Positions 16,536 to 25,140 of a DNA stretch of 35,768 bases are shown here, in pieces. The stretch is from positions 1 through 35,768 of IMG/VR virus record IMGVR_UViG_3300049828_000055. One strand, given 5' to 3'. The notes beneath the pieces were generated by a model. It did not search any database, was not told the origin of the DNA, and saw only the letters and a list, made by a program, of their open reading frames with translations. The position numbers and the translations under genes were made by a program. Source of the DNA: a virus (taxonomy: Duplodnaviria > Caudoviricetes). How positions within the stretch are numbered: the stretch's first letter is position 1; the number at the start of each line of letters is the position of its first letter.

Positions 16536-16769
16536 TCAATCTACCGGCGTGAACTCCAACTGGAAAGTCTTGCCGACACGGAATGCCTCAATGGCGGCGG
16601 GATTGGTGACGGTCATTTCCAGCTTGCCGGAAGGGGTCGCTTTCGACCACGACTCGTTGCCCTTGCCGTCGCCATAGGCAGCTTGAAACGTGATGGTCGC
16701 GCACGAAGCCGCAGGGCCTACGTCGACGTGCTTGATTTCGGCGCATTTGAAACGTGCTGAGACACTCAT
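16536..16769 (-). CDS. Small conserved phage protein (77 aa), moron-like
   Basis: Likely start is ATG 16769 with an AGGAG SD; the ORF-track start at 16976 overlaps the capsid gene. MSVSARFKC...GNESWSKATPSGKLEMTVTNPAAIEAFRVGKTFQLEFTP. Confidence 0.8.
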   Translation of the reverse strand: MSVSARFKCAEIKHVDVGPAASCATITFQAAYGDGKGNESWSKATPSGKLEMTVTNPAAIEAFRVGKTFQLEFTPVD

Positions 16770-16811
16770 TCTGTCTTCTCCTGATTGGCCCGAAACCCTC
16801 GGGCGGGGTCT

Positions 16812-16848
16812 TATGCAAAAGGGGCGGGACCATCCCGCCCCCTCTGGG
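16812..16848 (-). terminator. Intrinsic terminator after the major capsid gene, copy B
   Basis: Minus strand reads GGGGCGGGA-TGG-TCCCGCCCC-TTTTGCATA, a perfect 9-bp stem followed by a U-tract. Confidence 0.8.
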
Positions 16849-16870
16849 TCTTCTGCCGGGCCTAACCGGC

Positions 16871-17926
16871 TTATTCGATCACGCGGGCGCGGAACGTCGC
16901 GTTGGTGTTCACCGGCACCATCAGCGGGGCCGACTGAGTCATGACGAAGGTCACGCTCGGGTCTTCGGCGTCCCACATCTTCGGGAACATTTCGAGGGCT
17001 TGGAAGCCCGCCGCCTTATCCTGAATGGCACCGAACGCCCGGACGCCCGCGATGGACGGCCCGGTCAGAACGATGTCGCGCGGGTCCATGAAGTCGACCG
17101 CCGTGCCGTTCGCGTCCTCGTAGTAGTCGGCGTAGACCCAGACCTCGGTCGTCCCGGACAGCTTGCCCACATACTCGATGTCCAGACCTTCCCGGATGCC
17201 GAGATTCAGGTTCAAGCTGTTGTTGTTCAGGCGCAGGTCTTGCCCGAGCATTTCACGGATTTCCGTGTCTTCCCGCATCACGTCCCAAGCGTCGACACCG
17301 ACCGTAAGCCGGTTGGACACGCCGCCGAACCGGGCGCGCCGAGTGATCGCCTTGGCCGCTTCGATGTAGCGCAGGATCGACACGCCCACTTGGCCCCAAG
17401 CCGCACCGCCCGTGAGGGTTTCCGTGTTGGCCGCATCGCGCTCGAAGTCGACCACGGTCTTCGGATAGTCGTCCGATTCCAGCGTGACCTGCCCGAACTG
17501 CGTGGCCTGCGCCGCCAGCCATTCCCACCGGCGCTCGATGGCTTTCCGATGCTGCGCCAGAATGTCCGCGACGATGGCGTTGTAACGCTGCGCCGGGGTC
17601 ATGGGGGTCGCGCCGGTTGCCAGTTCACCGAAACCGGCCACGCGCTTGATAACGCGGGTCGCGGTCACGGGGTCCTTCGGCTTCACATAGGCCGGTTTGA
17701 CGCGGGTCGCCTTTTCGGCGGCGGCGTAGATCGGCTTGCCCTGCGCGGTCGGCACGACGAGCGGGGCGATCTGGCGGCTTTCGCTGATCTGCGAAAAGTC
17801 GATATATTCGTCGGTGAAGTTGATCTGCGTCGAGTAGAACTGAAGCCAGTAGTTGCTCGGCGGTTCGACCTCCCGCATGACCCCCAGAAGGGTCGCGGTG
17901 TCGTAGCGGGTGATTGCGATAGACAT
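16871..17926 (-). CDS. Major capsid protein (lambda gpE family)
   Basis: 351 aa. AP.V.P..QGK, KPAYVKPK, I.RRWEW.AAQA and C-terminal MTQSAPLMVP..TNA motifs; AAGGA SD. Confidence 0.93.
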   Translation of the reverse strand: MSIAITRYDTATLLGVMREVEPPSNYWLQFYSTQINFTDEYIDFSQISESRQIAPLVVPTAQGKPIYAAAEKATRVKPAYVKPKDPVTATRVIKRVAGFGELATGATPMTPAQRYNAIVADILAQHRKAIERRWEWLAAQATQFGQVTLESDDYPKTVVDFERDAANTETLTGGAAWGQVGVSILRYIEAAKAITRRARFGGVSNRLTVGVDAWDVMREDTEIREMLGQDLRLNNNSLNLNLGIREGLDIEYVGKLSGTTEVWVYADYYEDANGTAVDFMDPRDIVLTGPSIAGVRAFGAIQDKAAGFQALEMFPKMWDAEDPSVTFVMTQSAPLMVPVNTNATFRARVIE

Positions 17927-17970
17927 GATGTCTTTCCTTCGTGATTGGTGTTGCCTGCCTCAGTCCGCGA

Positions 17971-18405
17971 TCACGGGTAGATCGTGTCGCTGTCCTGTTC
18001 CTTCTTGCCGATGAAGATGGTCGGGGACACCGAACCTTCGAAGGCCGCTTTCTTCTTGGCGTCGGTGTCATAGGACGCATCCCAGACCAGAGCGCCCATG
18101 TCCCAATGCCCCGAACGGTAGACGGGCACGGTCATGGCAACGCCGTTCACCATCGAGATCGGCGCGGCAAGAATGTAGTTGGCGCAACCAGCATCACGGG
18201 TGGCATTGTAGTCGGCCAACGCCGAACCGGCGAGGTTCAGGACCGAATAGAGCGCCAGATCGGCAGTCGAGCCGGGCGTGAAGGTGATGTTCGTGACGGT
18301 AGCAGGCGCGTCACCGAAGCGCGGTTCCTGCTTGTTACCGAAGGTTTCCGAGGCAAACGAGGCAACGCCCGGCTTGCCGAAGGGGATCGTGGTGTCAACG
18401 GCCAT
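17971..18405 (-). CDS. Head decoration protein (gpD-like)
   Basis: 144 aa between the protease and capsid genes; VPVYRSG.W...ALVW..SY motif; AGGAG SD. Confidence 0.8.
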   Translation of the reverse strand: MAVDTTIPFGKPGVASFASETFGNKQEPRFGDAPATVTNITFTPGSTADLALYSVLNLAGSALADYNATRDAGCANYILAAPISMVNGVAMTVPVYRSGHWDMGALVWDASYDTDAKKKAAFEGSVSPTIFIGKKEQDSDTIYP

Positions 18406-18462
18406 AATACTGTCTCCTGTTCAGGCGTTGCATTCGGTCAGCGAGTCGACGTGTCGGCTCAC

Positions 18463-18933
18463 TCAGGCGGTTTTCTTCTCGGGGCGACCCGAGGCTTTGC
18501 GGAAGTCGGACAGGATGGTGGCCGACTGCGCCGCAGGGGTCAAGGCCGCATCCTTGTCCTTATCTTCGTCGTCGTCCGCGCCCACGTCCGGGTTGCCGGT
18601 CGCCATCGCCTTGTCGAAGGGGGTTGTGGTGCCCTTGGCCTTCGGCTTTTCCTCGGTCTTGGGGGCCTCGGTCTTTTCTTCGGCCAGATCGCCAAGGAAG
18701 GCCGCAGCCTGATCGGCGGTCATGTCGGTCTTCAGTGCCGCCGACAGGGCCGCTTTCGGGCGGGCCTTGCCGATTTCGGAACCGAGGATCGCATTGATCC
18801 GGGTCCGCTCGGCGGCAGCACCAGCGGTCGCACCTTCGGCGCGAGCGGCGGCAACAGCGGCGTCGTGGGTCGCTTGGTCGATCCCGGCAGGGGCCGCAGC
18901 GGCGTCTCCGGTTTTCGTGGTCTGCGTGGTCAT
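18463..18933 (-). CDS. Nested scaffolding protein from an internal start (Nu3-like, 156 aa)
   Basis: In-frame ATG at 18933 preceded by GGAGG at 8-nt spacing (CCGGAGGGTGAATATATG), at the protease/scaffold boundary. Confidence 0.7.
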   Translation of the reverse strand: MTTQTTKTGDAAAAPAGIDQATHDAAVAAARAEGATAGAAAERTRINAILGSEIGKARPKAALSAALKTDMTADQAAAFLGDLAEEKTEAPKTEEKPKAKGTTTPFDKAMATGNPDVGADDDEDKDKDAALTPAAQSATILSDFRKASGRPEKKTA

Positions 18934-19806
18934 ATATTCACCCTCCGGGTTTTCAAGACTTTCGCTGAAAGCGATCAGTTCCTCGTCCAATGCCCCTACC
19001 ACATCAGCAAATCCGACCGCAATCGAATCTTCAGCGTCGTAGCACAAGGCTTCGGTATTCCTGACCGCATCCTGCTCCATGTCGCGGTTTCGTGCAACAG
19101 TCTCGACAAAGACCGCGTATGCTTTGTCGATCCGAGCCTGAATGCGGTCCTTGACCGCTTTCGGCAAGGCTTCGTAGGGGTTGCCGTCAACCTTGTGCTT
19201 TCCGGCATGAATGAAAGTGACCTTGATCCCCGCCTGCTCCAAAGCCCCCGAATAATCGACATGCGCCGTCACCACGCCCACGGACCCCGTGCCACCGGAA
19301 CGGGTGACGGCGACACGCCCCGCCGCCGACGCGATTGCGAAGGCCGCAGAGTAGGAATGGTCGGCAGCGTATGCCCGGATGGGTTTCTCCCCGCGCCAAC
19401 CAAAGAGTTTGTCGACCAGTTCGAAGCAGCCTGCGACCTCACCACCGGGGCTGTCGATAACCAGCGCAATCCCTTTGACAGTCATGTCCGAGATTCCACG
19501 CAGCATTGCCTGCTCGATATAGTCGTAGCCTGTTACCCACCGTCCGACCTGATAGGAAAAGCGATTGAGCAAGACGCCCATGACCGGGATTTGAAGCACC
19601 CCATTGACGACGATATAGGGACGCCAGCTATCCGAGCCGTCGCCCCAGAAATCATCCCCGTATGTCGTGCTGCCAGCCAAGATTTGCTCGGCCCGGTCGT
19701 GCTGGACCAAATACTGCAACGAGGCCGTGAACAGGTCTTCGGTCCCGTCCGCGATCATCAGAGGCTTATTCGTGATCGCCTCGATCAGAGGATGCTTGCT
19801 GCTCAT
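18463..19806 (-). CDS. Prohead protease (S49 family) with C-terminal scaffold
   Basis: 447 aa. DSPGG, YSAAFAIAS, TGSVGV and AGKHK.DG motifs, followed by an Ala-rich AERTRINAIL scaffold region. Confidence 0.92.
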   Translation of the reverse strand: MSSKHPLIEAITNKPLMIADGTEDLFTASLQYLVQHDRAEQILAGSTTYGDDFWGDGSDSWRPYIVVNGVLQIPVMGVLLNRFSYQVGRWVTGYDYIEQAMLRGISDMTVKGIALVIDSPGGEVAGCFELVDKLFGWRGEKPIRAYAADHSYSAAFAIASAAGRVAVTRSGGTGSVGVVTAHVDYSGALEQAGIKVTFIHAGKHKVDGNPYEALPKAVKDRIQARIDKAYAVFVETVARNRDMEQDAVRNTEALCYDAEDSIAVGFADVVGALDEELIAFSESLENPEGEYMTTQTTKTGDAAAAPAGIDQATHDAAVAAARAEGATAGAAAERTRINAILGSEIGKARPKAALSAALKTDMTADQAAAFLGDLAEEKTEAPKTEEKPKAKGTTTPFDKAMATGNPDVGADDDEDKDKDAALTPAAQSATILSDFRKASGRPEKKTA

Positions 19807-21503
19807 GTTGCGTTGTTCTTTTTCTTTTGCTGCTCGCTGCTGCGGGCTGCGGGGTCCTTGTCCGTTTCAGTCGCGTCACGGGGCGAACCGCTCGCCGCAT
19901 TGACCGAATTGTCTTCAAGTAGAACGATCCCACGCTTTTCCATTTCCTTGTTTTCGCGCTGCTTCTGCCGGAAAATCTTCCGCCAATCCTTCCCGAGACG
20001 AGACAGTTCATCCTCGTGGGTGGACAAACCGTATTTGATCCGAAGGACCGCCGCTTGGGTTTCCTTCAGTTCGTCAATCTGGCCGCGAGCAGCGCCCGTC
20101 CAGTCTGCCGCCGACAAGGCGTCAAACATCAGGTTCAGTCGGCCATTGGTGTAAAGCATCGCGGCGTCAGAAGCCGGGAAAGTCTTCAGTCGATCATTGT
20201 TGATTGCTTCTTCCAACCACAGGCGGAAAATCGCGTTCGCCATTGCATCCGCGAAATACTTCTTCCGGGCCTGCATGAATTTCCACGTCGCAGCCATCGC
20301 GGCGCGGGCGCTGGAATAGTTGGTGTGGGTGTAGTCCTTGGACAGTTCTTCGTAGGAAATGTTCAGGGTTGCCGCGAGATAGCGCAGCAAGGATTGCTCG
20401 AAACCCTGCCCGACACCGCCCGGCGTTCCGGCAGGGCGCATGTTCAGCTTGGTTCCGGGGAACAGGTGCGGAATCTTGATCCCGTCGATCTTCATCTGGG
20501 TCGCGCTGTTGGCGTATTCCGACATCGCAGTCAGGATCGCTTCCGCGTAATCGGCCACGCCATCGCCCAGATTGCCGCCACCGAGTTGCTGGTAGACAGC
20601 TTCAGCGGGCAATTCCGACTCGATGGTCGCGGCATACATCGCATTGACGACCGCGTTCTGAAGCGTGATGTCCCGGAACTTCTTGGTGATCGCCAGTTCC
20701 TTCAGGCCCGCGACAAGATCGCTGATCGCCCGCGTCTGATCGACCCGGTTCTGCTCCCGGAAGAACAGCACTTGCTTGCGGCCCCAAGGCTTTTCTGCCT
20801 CGACCTCCCGGTAATACTCGCCGGTCGGCAGCAGCGCAATCTGGCGGTATTCGGACGGGTGCGTGACCCGCATGAAGTAGGACAGATGCCGTCCGCGACG
20901 GTCGTGCTTGATGCCGCCGCGAATGAGGGGGTTGTCCAGTTCTTTGTAGGGCTGCGTCAGCCGGTCGGTGTCCACCATCTGAATCGCCGTAGCGAATTCG
21001 CGGCGGTTGTCCCGCAGCCATTCAGCCGTCGCCAGCACTTCGCCGGTATAGGTCGACACGCCGACCGCCAGCCGGATCAGGCCCGTGAAGTCGTTCTGCT
21101 CGGAGGCGTCGATCAGCTTGTTCGGGCTTTCGGCCCAGAGGGTGAACATGCCTTCGACTTCTTCTTGGAAGGCTTCCTCCCACGCTTCATCCTTGCCCAG
21201 AACAAGGGAGTTGGGCTTGGCGTTCAGCAGGTAGGCCGCGCCGACGATGCTGTCCTTGTGGGTCTGCGCCCCGGACTGCACATAGGCGTCGTTGCGGAAC
21301 ATATCGCGCGACCGGGAATCCAGCACGGTCTTGTCGGGCAGGATTTCCATGTCGGCAGACAAGAGCGGGGGCACCCACCCGGCCAACTGCTTGTCGAACC
21401 GCTCGGCCCCTTCGAAAGCCCCACCAAGGGCAAGGTCCTTCGTCGGCACCCCAATCAGGGCGTCGATCTCGCTCAGGTCCGCTTGGGTGAGGGTCTTCAC
21501 CAT
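19803..21503 (-). CDS. Portal protein, lambda family
   Basis: 566 aa. RSRD..RND.Y, GEVLA, IPHLFPG and SYEELSKDY...NYSSARA motifs. Confidence 0.93.
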   Translation of the reverse strand: MVKTLTQADLSEIDALIGVPTKDLALGGAFEGAERFDKQLAGWVPPLLSADMEILPDKTVLDSRSRDMFRNDAYVQSGAQTHKDSIVGAAYLLNAKPNSLVLGKDEAWEEAFQEEVEGMFTLWAESPNKLIDASEQNDFTGLIRLAVGVSTYTGEVLATAEWLRDNRREFATAIQMVDTDRLTQPYKELDNPLIRGGIKHDRRGRHLSYFMRVTHPSEYRQIALLPTGEYYREVEAEKPWGRKQVLFFREQNRVDQTRAISDLVAGLKELAITKKFRDITLQNAVVNAMYAATIESELPAEAVYQQLGGGNLGDGVADYAEAILTAMSEYANSATQMKIDGIKIPHLFPGTKLNMRPAGTPGGVGQGFEQSLLRYLAATLNISYEELSKDYTHTNYSSARAAMAATWKFMQARKKYFADAMANAIFRLWLEEAINNDRLKTFPASDAAMLYTNGRLNLMFDALSAADWTGAARGQIDELKETQAAVLRIKYGLSTHEDELSRLGKDWRKIFRQKQRENKEMEKRGIVLLEDNSVNAASGSPRDATETDKDPAARSSEQQKKKNNAT

Positions 21504-21504
21504 G

Positions 21505-21753
21505 TCAGAACATCCTCGGCTGCATCGGCCCGAGGACGCCGTGCAGCGGCTTCCCGAGCATGGTCCGAAGGCGCATGATGTAGGCGTTCAGGTCGCTCGC
21601 CTTCTGCATCGTGAATTCCACGCGCTCGCCGTTCTGGTCGACATAGACGCGGGTCTGCTTCCCGAGCATCAGGGAGTTGTAGGCTGATTCGGCGTCACGA
21701 AGCCAACCGGAATAGCGGGCCGTTTCCTCGACTGTGAGTGATGCCGCAACCAT
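21505..21753 (-). CDS. Head-to-tail joining protein gpW family
   Basis: 82 aa. L.DAE.AY..L..G...RV.VDQNGERVEF....DL.AYI..L motif; lies between TerL and portal. Confidence 0.88.
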   Translation of the reverse strand: MVAASLTVEETARYSGWLRDAESAYNSLMLGKQTRVYVDQNGERVEFTMQKASDLNAYIMRLRTMLGKPLHGVLGPMQPRMF

Positions 21754-23888
21754 CAGGCCAAGTCCTTCGCCAGTTCACCGAAACCATAGCGCCGCTTCTT
21801 CACCGCGTCGAACGGTTTTTCATCCGTCACAGGGTTGAAGACCAAATCATTGTTGTCCCAATCCTCGGCCCATCCGGGCGGATCATCGAAACGGATAGCG
21901 TCAAAATTGATCTGGGGCAAGAGGCAGGCCGCAAGATGGTAGACCAACAAGTCCCATGATTCGTTTCGGAATTTGCGGGGATTGATCCAGCCCTTCACAG
22001 GGTCTTTAACTTCCACCGTCAATTCCGTGTAGAAGTTATCCGGCAAATCCTTCGCAAAATTGATCCTGCCGCCCGGCTCAGTCCGGTCGAGCATATTGTT
22101 CAGCGTGTCTTTCAACGTGTTAGGATTGATAAAACAAACTGGAATTTCCCCGCGAGCGCCAGCATGGCGGTCTTTACGGAAGCTGTCCGGGAAATCAACC
22201 TTGACGCGCGGGTGTTCTTTAGCCGAAGCGCCCTTCAGCAGAATAAACCGCGACGAATATTCCGATTTCCACTCATATTCGCCCTGCTCGCTGGACGTGT
22301 CCAGTTCATCGTCCTTCGGATTACGAAGCCAACGAACGAAGTCATAAGCGTTTGTGGTCACGCCCGCTTTACCACCGGAGTCGCAGATCGTGAATTTGAC
22401 CGCCATATGCCTGCCAGAACCATCCGCCAGAGGATAGGTCTTGTCGAAGACTTCAGCGCAAAGCATCTTCCAGTCTTCGGGATACGCACCGGGATTGACC
22501 CACAGATGCTCACCTTCTTCATCAAGGCGTTTGGACTTCCTGATTTCGAACCGATCAATGATGCTGCGGTCGCCGTTCTCGTGGACGCCAGCCATTTGCA
22601 CGACAAAGCGGTTCTTCTGCACGTCGATAGAACTGATGATGAACCGGACGCCGGGCGGAACAGTTCTCAGGGAATAGCCGCGCGCCCGGCCTTTCAGGGT
22701 TTCCGGCGACCGATCATTCGCCAGCATCTTCGGGATATAGGGCAAGCCCTGATCGGTGTTGACGGTCGTCTTCAGGGCTTCTTCGGTGCCGTTCTGCTGA
22801 TAGACGCGCTCGGCTGCGATGTAGTTATAGACCAGCGTCTTCCAATCCGAGAAAGCCGCCGCGACCCCTTTCAACCAGAAACTCGCAATGTCAGCGCGAA
22901 CCGGCGTCCCGACAACCTCGCCGCTCGGCAACCAGACCATGTTGTCTTTGATCCAACGACCGTTAACATTCAGTTCCTCTTTGCCGGGCATGATTCCACC
23001 GGCCCCGTGCGGATAATCCACGCCGCAATGGGGGCAGCGAAGCATCGCCGTTTCCGCCGCTTCCATAATGTCCTGAGTGTCGGGATAGACCAGAAGCGGG
23101 AAATCAGGCTCGAAGCTGTAGTGGCATTTGACGCAGCGCCAATACCAGCGACGGCGGTCGCCCCGGTTGTAGATCGACAGGATACCGGGCGTGGGCATGG
23201 CCTCGTGCTTGGACGCCAGCATGTGCTTGGGGTTTTCGACCATGAAGCCGGGCGACGACTCGACCGCCGTCATGGAATAGCGCCTGAAGGTCGTGCCGCG
23301 CTTCCGGGTCAGGTCGAAGGGTGAGCCTTCGCCGTCCACGTCCTGCGCCATGCGGTCATAGTCTGTCAGCCAATGCCGGGGGATGGGCTTGCCCGACAGT
23401 TCGTTGATGGTCGGCCAACTCAGGGTCAGGAGCATCCCGGACTGGTAGTGTTTGTCGAAAACGTTGTCGGATTCCTTGTTCTGGATCATCCGCTTCCCGA
23501 CATCGGGGCTGTATCTGTGCAGACGGTCGATCCGGCGAAACGAAAAATCTCGGGCCGTTGTCTGGGAAGTCTGGACCAGAAGCATATCGGCAGGATCGCA
23601 GATCGTGGTATGCGCCAGCCAATTGAGGAACATATCGGTCTTGCCCGTTTGGGCAGGCCCGACGAAACACATTCCGGTGAATTCCAGACTTTGCAGAACG
23701 TCCATCGGCTCCACGAGATAGGGAGTCATTTCGTTCTTCCACGGGCCGACATAGGCACCGGGGCTGTTCAGATAGCGGTATTTCTCGGCGGCTTGCGAAA
23801 CAGTCAAACGTTCAGCGGGACGGGCTGATTCGGCGGATTCTACAATCAGCCTTTCGAGCGTCAGGGCTTCGTCAAATGAGGGCAGCAA
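21753..23888 (-). CDS. terL: Terminase large subunit (lambda gpA family)
   Basis: 711 aa, TTG start. TPY..EPM, Walker A GPAQTGKT, Walker B LTDYD, CxxC...CPHC, nuclease IDVQ and DSGG, and RNE.WDL motifs. Confidence 0.95.
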   Translation of the reverse strand: MLPSFDEALTLERLIVESAESARPAERLTVSQAAEKYRYLNSPGAYVGPWKNEMTPYLVEPMDVLQSLEFTGMCFVGPAQTGKTDMFLNWLAHTTICDPADMLLVQTSQTTARDFSFRRIDRLHRYSPDVGKRMIQNKESDNVFDKHYQSGMLLTLSWPTINELSGKPIPRHWLTDYDRMAQDVDGEGSPFDLTRKRGTTFRRYSMTAVESSPGFMVENPKHMLASKHEAMPTPGILSIYNRGDRRRWYWRCVKCHYSFEPDFPLLVYPDTQDIMEAAETAMLRCPHCGVDYPHGAGGIMPGKEELNVNGRWIKDNMVWLPSGEVVGTPVRADIASFWLKGVAAAFSDWKTLVYNYIAAERVYQQNGTEEALKTTVNTDQGLPYIPKMLANDRSPETLKGRARGYSLRTVPPGVRFIISSIDVQKNRFVVQMAGVHENGDRSIIDRFEIRKSKRLDEEGEHLWVNPGAYPEDWKMLCAEVFDKTYPLADGSGRHMAVKFTICDSGGKAGVTTNAYDFVRWLRNPKDDELDTSSEQGEYEWKSEYSSRFILLKGASAKEHPRVKVDFPDSFRKDRHAGARGEIPVCFINPNTLKDTLNNMLDRTEPGGRINFAKDLPDNFYTELTVEVKDPVKGWINPRKFRNESWDLLVYHLAACLLPQINFDAIRFDDPPGWAEDWDNNDLVFNPVTDEKPFDAVKKRRYGFGELAKDLA

Positions 23889-24564
23889 TTTCGTCCTCCA
23901 CGAATTCCGGTGTCTTCTCGTCTTCGTCTTCGTCTTCCATCGCGGATTCTTCCAGAAGCGACGGCAACTCGGCCAATTGCGGGCCAGTGCCCTTGGTCTG
24001 CATCTGAGTGACCAATGAGGCGTAGATTTCAGCCTGAAGCGAATCGACCAATTGCGTCAGCAAGGTGCGCTGATCGGCAGTCAGGCCGGTCGACCGTTCC
24101 ACCGTGTCGACCCACAACTGCATGGTGAATTTCATCCCTTGGAAGGTTTCCCCGAGAACCTTCCGCACCGCGTCCGTGCGCCAGAGATCGCCCGCGTTTT
24201 CCTCATATTTCTGGCGCTTTAGCATGGCATCCCAGAAGGACTGCTGAAGGGTCGCAGGCAACTCGGCCTTCTTGACCGCGCGCAGGAAGTTGGCGGCGCT
24301 GATCTTGGGCTTGATAAGGTAGGCCGCAGCCGCCTTCAACTCGTAGGTGCGGCCCTGATAGCCCCGGCCCGTCTCGTTGCCCTCTGTCAGCGCCGGGCAC
24401 CCGGCCAGCTTGCGCTTCACGTCCTTGGGGTCCATGCCGAAGGCTTGGGCCAGCCAACCTGCGGTCACACCGCCAAGGACCTGTTCCACGTTCACCCGCT
24501 TCATCAGCCGGGCCGCTTGGGTCTTGGCAGCTAGTTCTTGAAGGGCACGGTCTGCGTCGTTCAT
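23872..24564 (-). CDS. terS: Terminase small subunit (DUF1441-like)
   Basis: N-terminal HTH (WLAQAFGMDPKDVKRKL), LP.LQ..FWDA..KRQKYEE.AGDLW.T motif, overlap with the TerL start. ATG 24564 overlaps the GIY-YIG stop (ATGA) and is preferred over GTG 24588. Confidence 0.88.
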   Translation of the reverse strand: MNDADRALQELAAKTQAARLMKRVNVEQVLGGVTAGWLAQAFGMDPKDVKRKLAGCPALTEGNETGRGYQGRTYELKAAAAYLIKPKISAANFLRAVKKAELPATLQQSFWDAMLKRQKYEENAGDLWRTDAVRKVLGETFQGMKFTMQLWVDTVERSTGLTADQRTLLTQLVDSLQAEIYASLVTQMQTKGTGPQLAELPSLLEESAMEDEDEDEKTPEFVEDEIAALI

Positions 24565-25139
24565 TTTGAAGCCCGTCTCTTTTCCCACATCTTCATCGCT
24601 GCTGCTCGCCTTTTTTCTTTCTTCGCCGGGTCATTTCGGTTGGCCCGCAAGGCTTCTATTCGCTTCGCGCGGATCGCAGGGTCGGCCCAAGAAGCCTTTT
24701 GAGACGCTGATCTTGCCGCTTTGGTTTCTTCCCGACTACAGGAATCTTTTGACAACACACTCATTTTTTCTCGAAGTTCCGAAGACGCCCAAGCCTTCTT
24801 ACTCGCTTCTGACATGCGAACTCGATAACTTTCATCTTGGTATCTGGCCTTAGCCTTTTCCGAAAGCACTTTGCGTTCTGCCTCAGTGCAAACCCGTTTC
24901 CTGCCGCCGAAACCCCCTAAAGATGTGTTCAAAAGGTTTTCTATGCCGAGTCTTTCTATCTCAGAAACTTCCCAAGCACTCGCAGTATCCCGGTCTGGGA
25001 ATTCAACTTTTTTAGCAACCACAAAAGACTTCCCAGATAAAGGGCCAGAAGCCCTATGCTCTCGCACCCTTCTAGACAAAGATGTTGTTATTCCAATGTA
25101 GCATTTCCCGGAATCAGACACCAGAACATAGCCTATCAT
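24561..25139 (-). CDS. Free-standing GIY-YIG homing endonuclease with basic helical (NUMOD3-like) repeats
   Basis: 192 aa. GYV..(x)..YIG.T....R..EH, conserved E and LLN...GG.G, then repeated R.KMS...K..W units; visibly more AT-rich than its flanks. Confidence 0.85.
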   Translation of the reverse strand: MIGYVLVSDSGKCYIGITTSLSRRVREHRASGPLSGKSFVVAKKVEFPDRDTASAWEVSEIERLGIENLLNTSLGGFGGRKRVCTEAERKVLSEKAKARYQDESYRVRMSEASKKAWASSELREKMSVLSKDSCSREETKAARSASQKASWADPAIRAKRIEALRANRNDPAKKEKRRAAAMKMWEKRRASK

Positions 25140-25140
25140 A

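Noticed and set aside
13375-21578. Long plus-strand ORFs 13375..14550, 16754..17944, 17941..20154 and 20016..21578
   Set aside because: Antisense shadows of the tube, capsid, protease and portal genes with Arg/Gly-rich non-protein-like composition.
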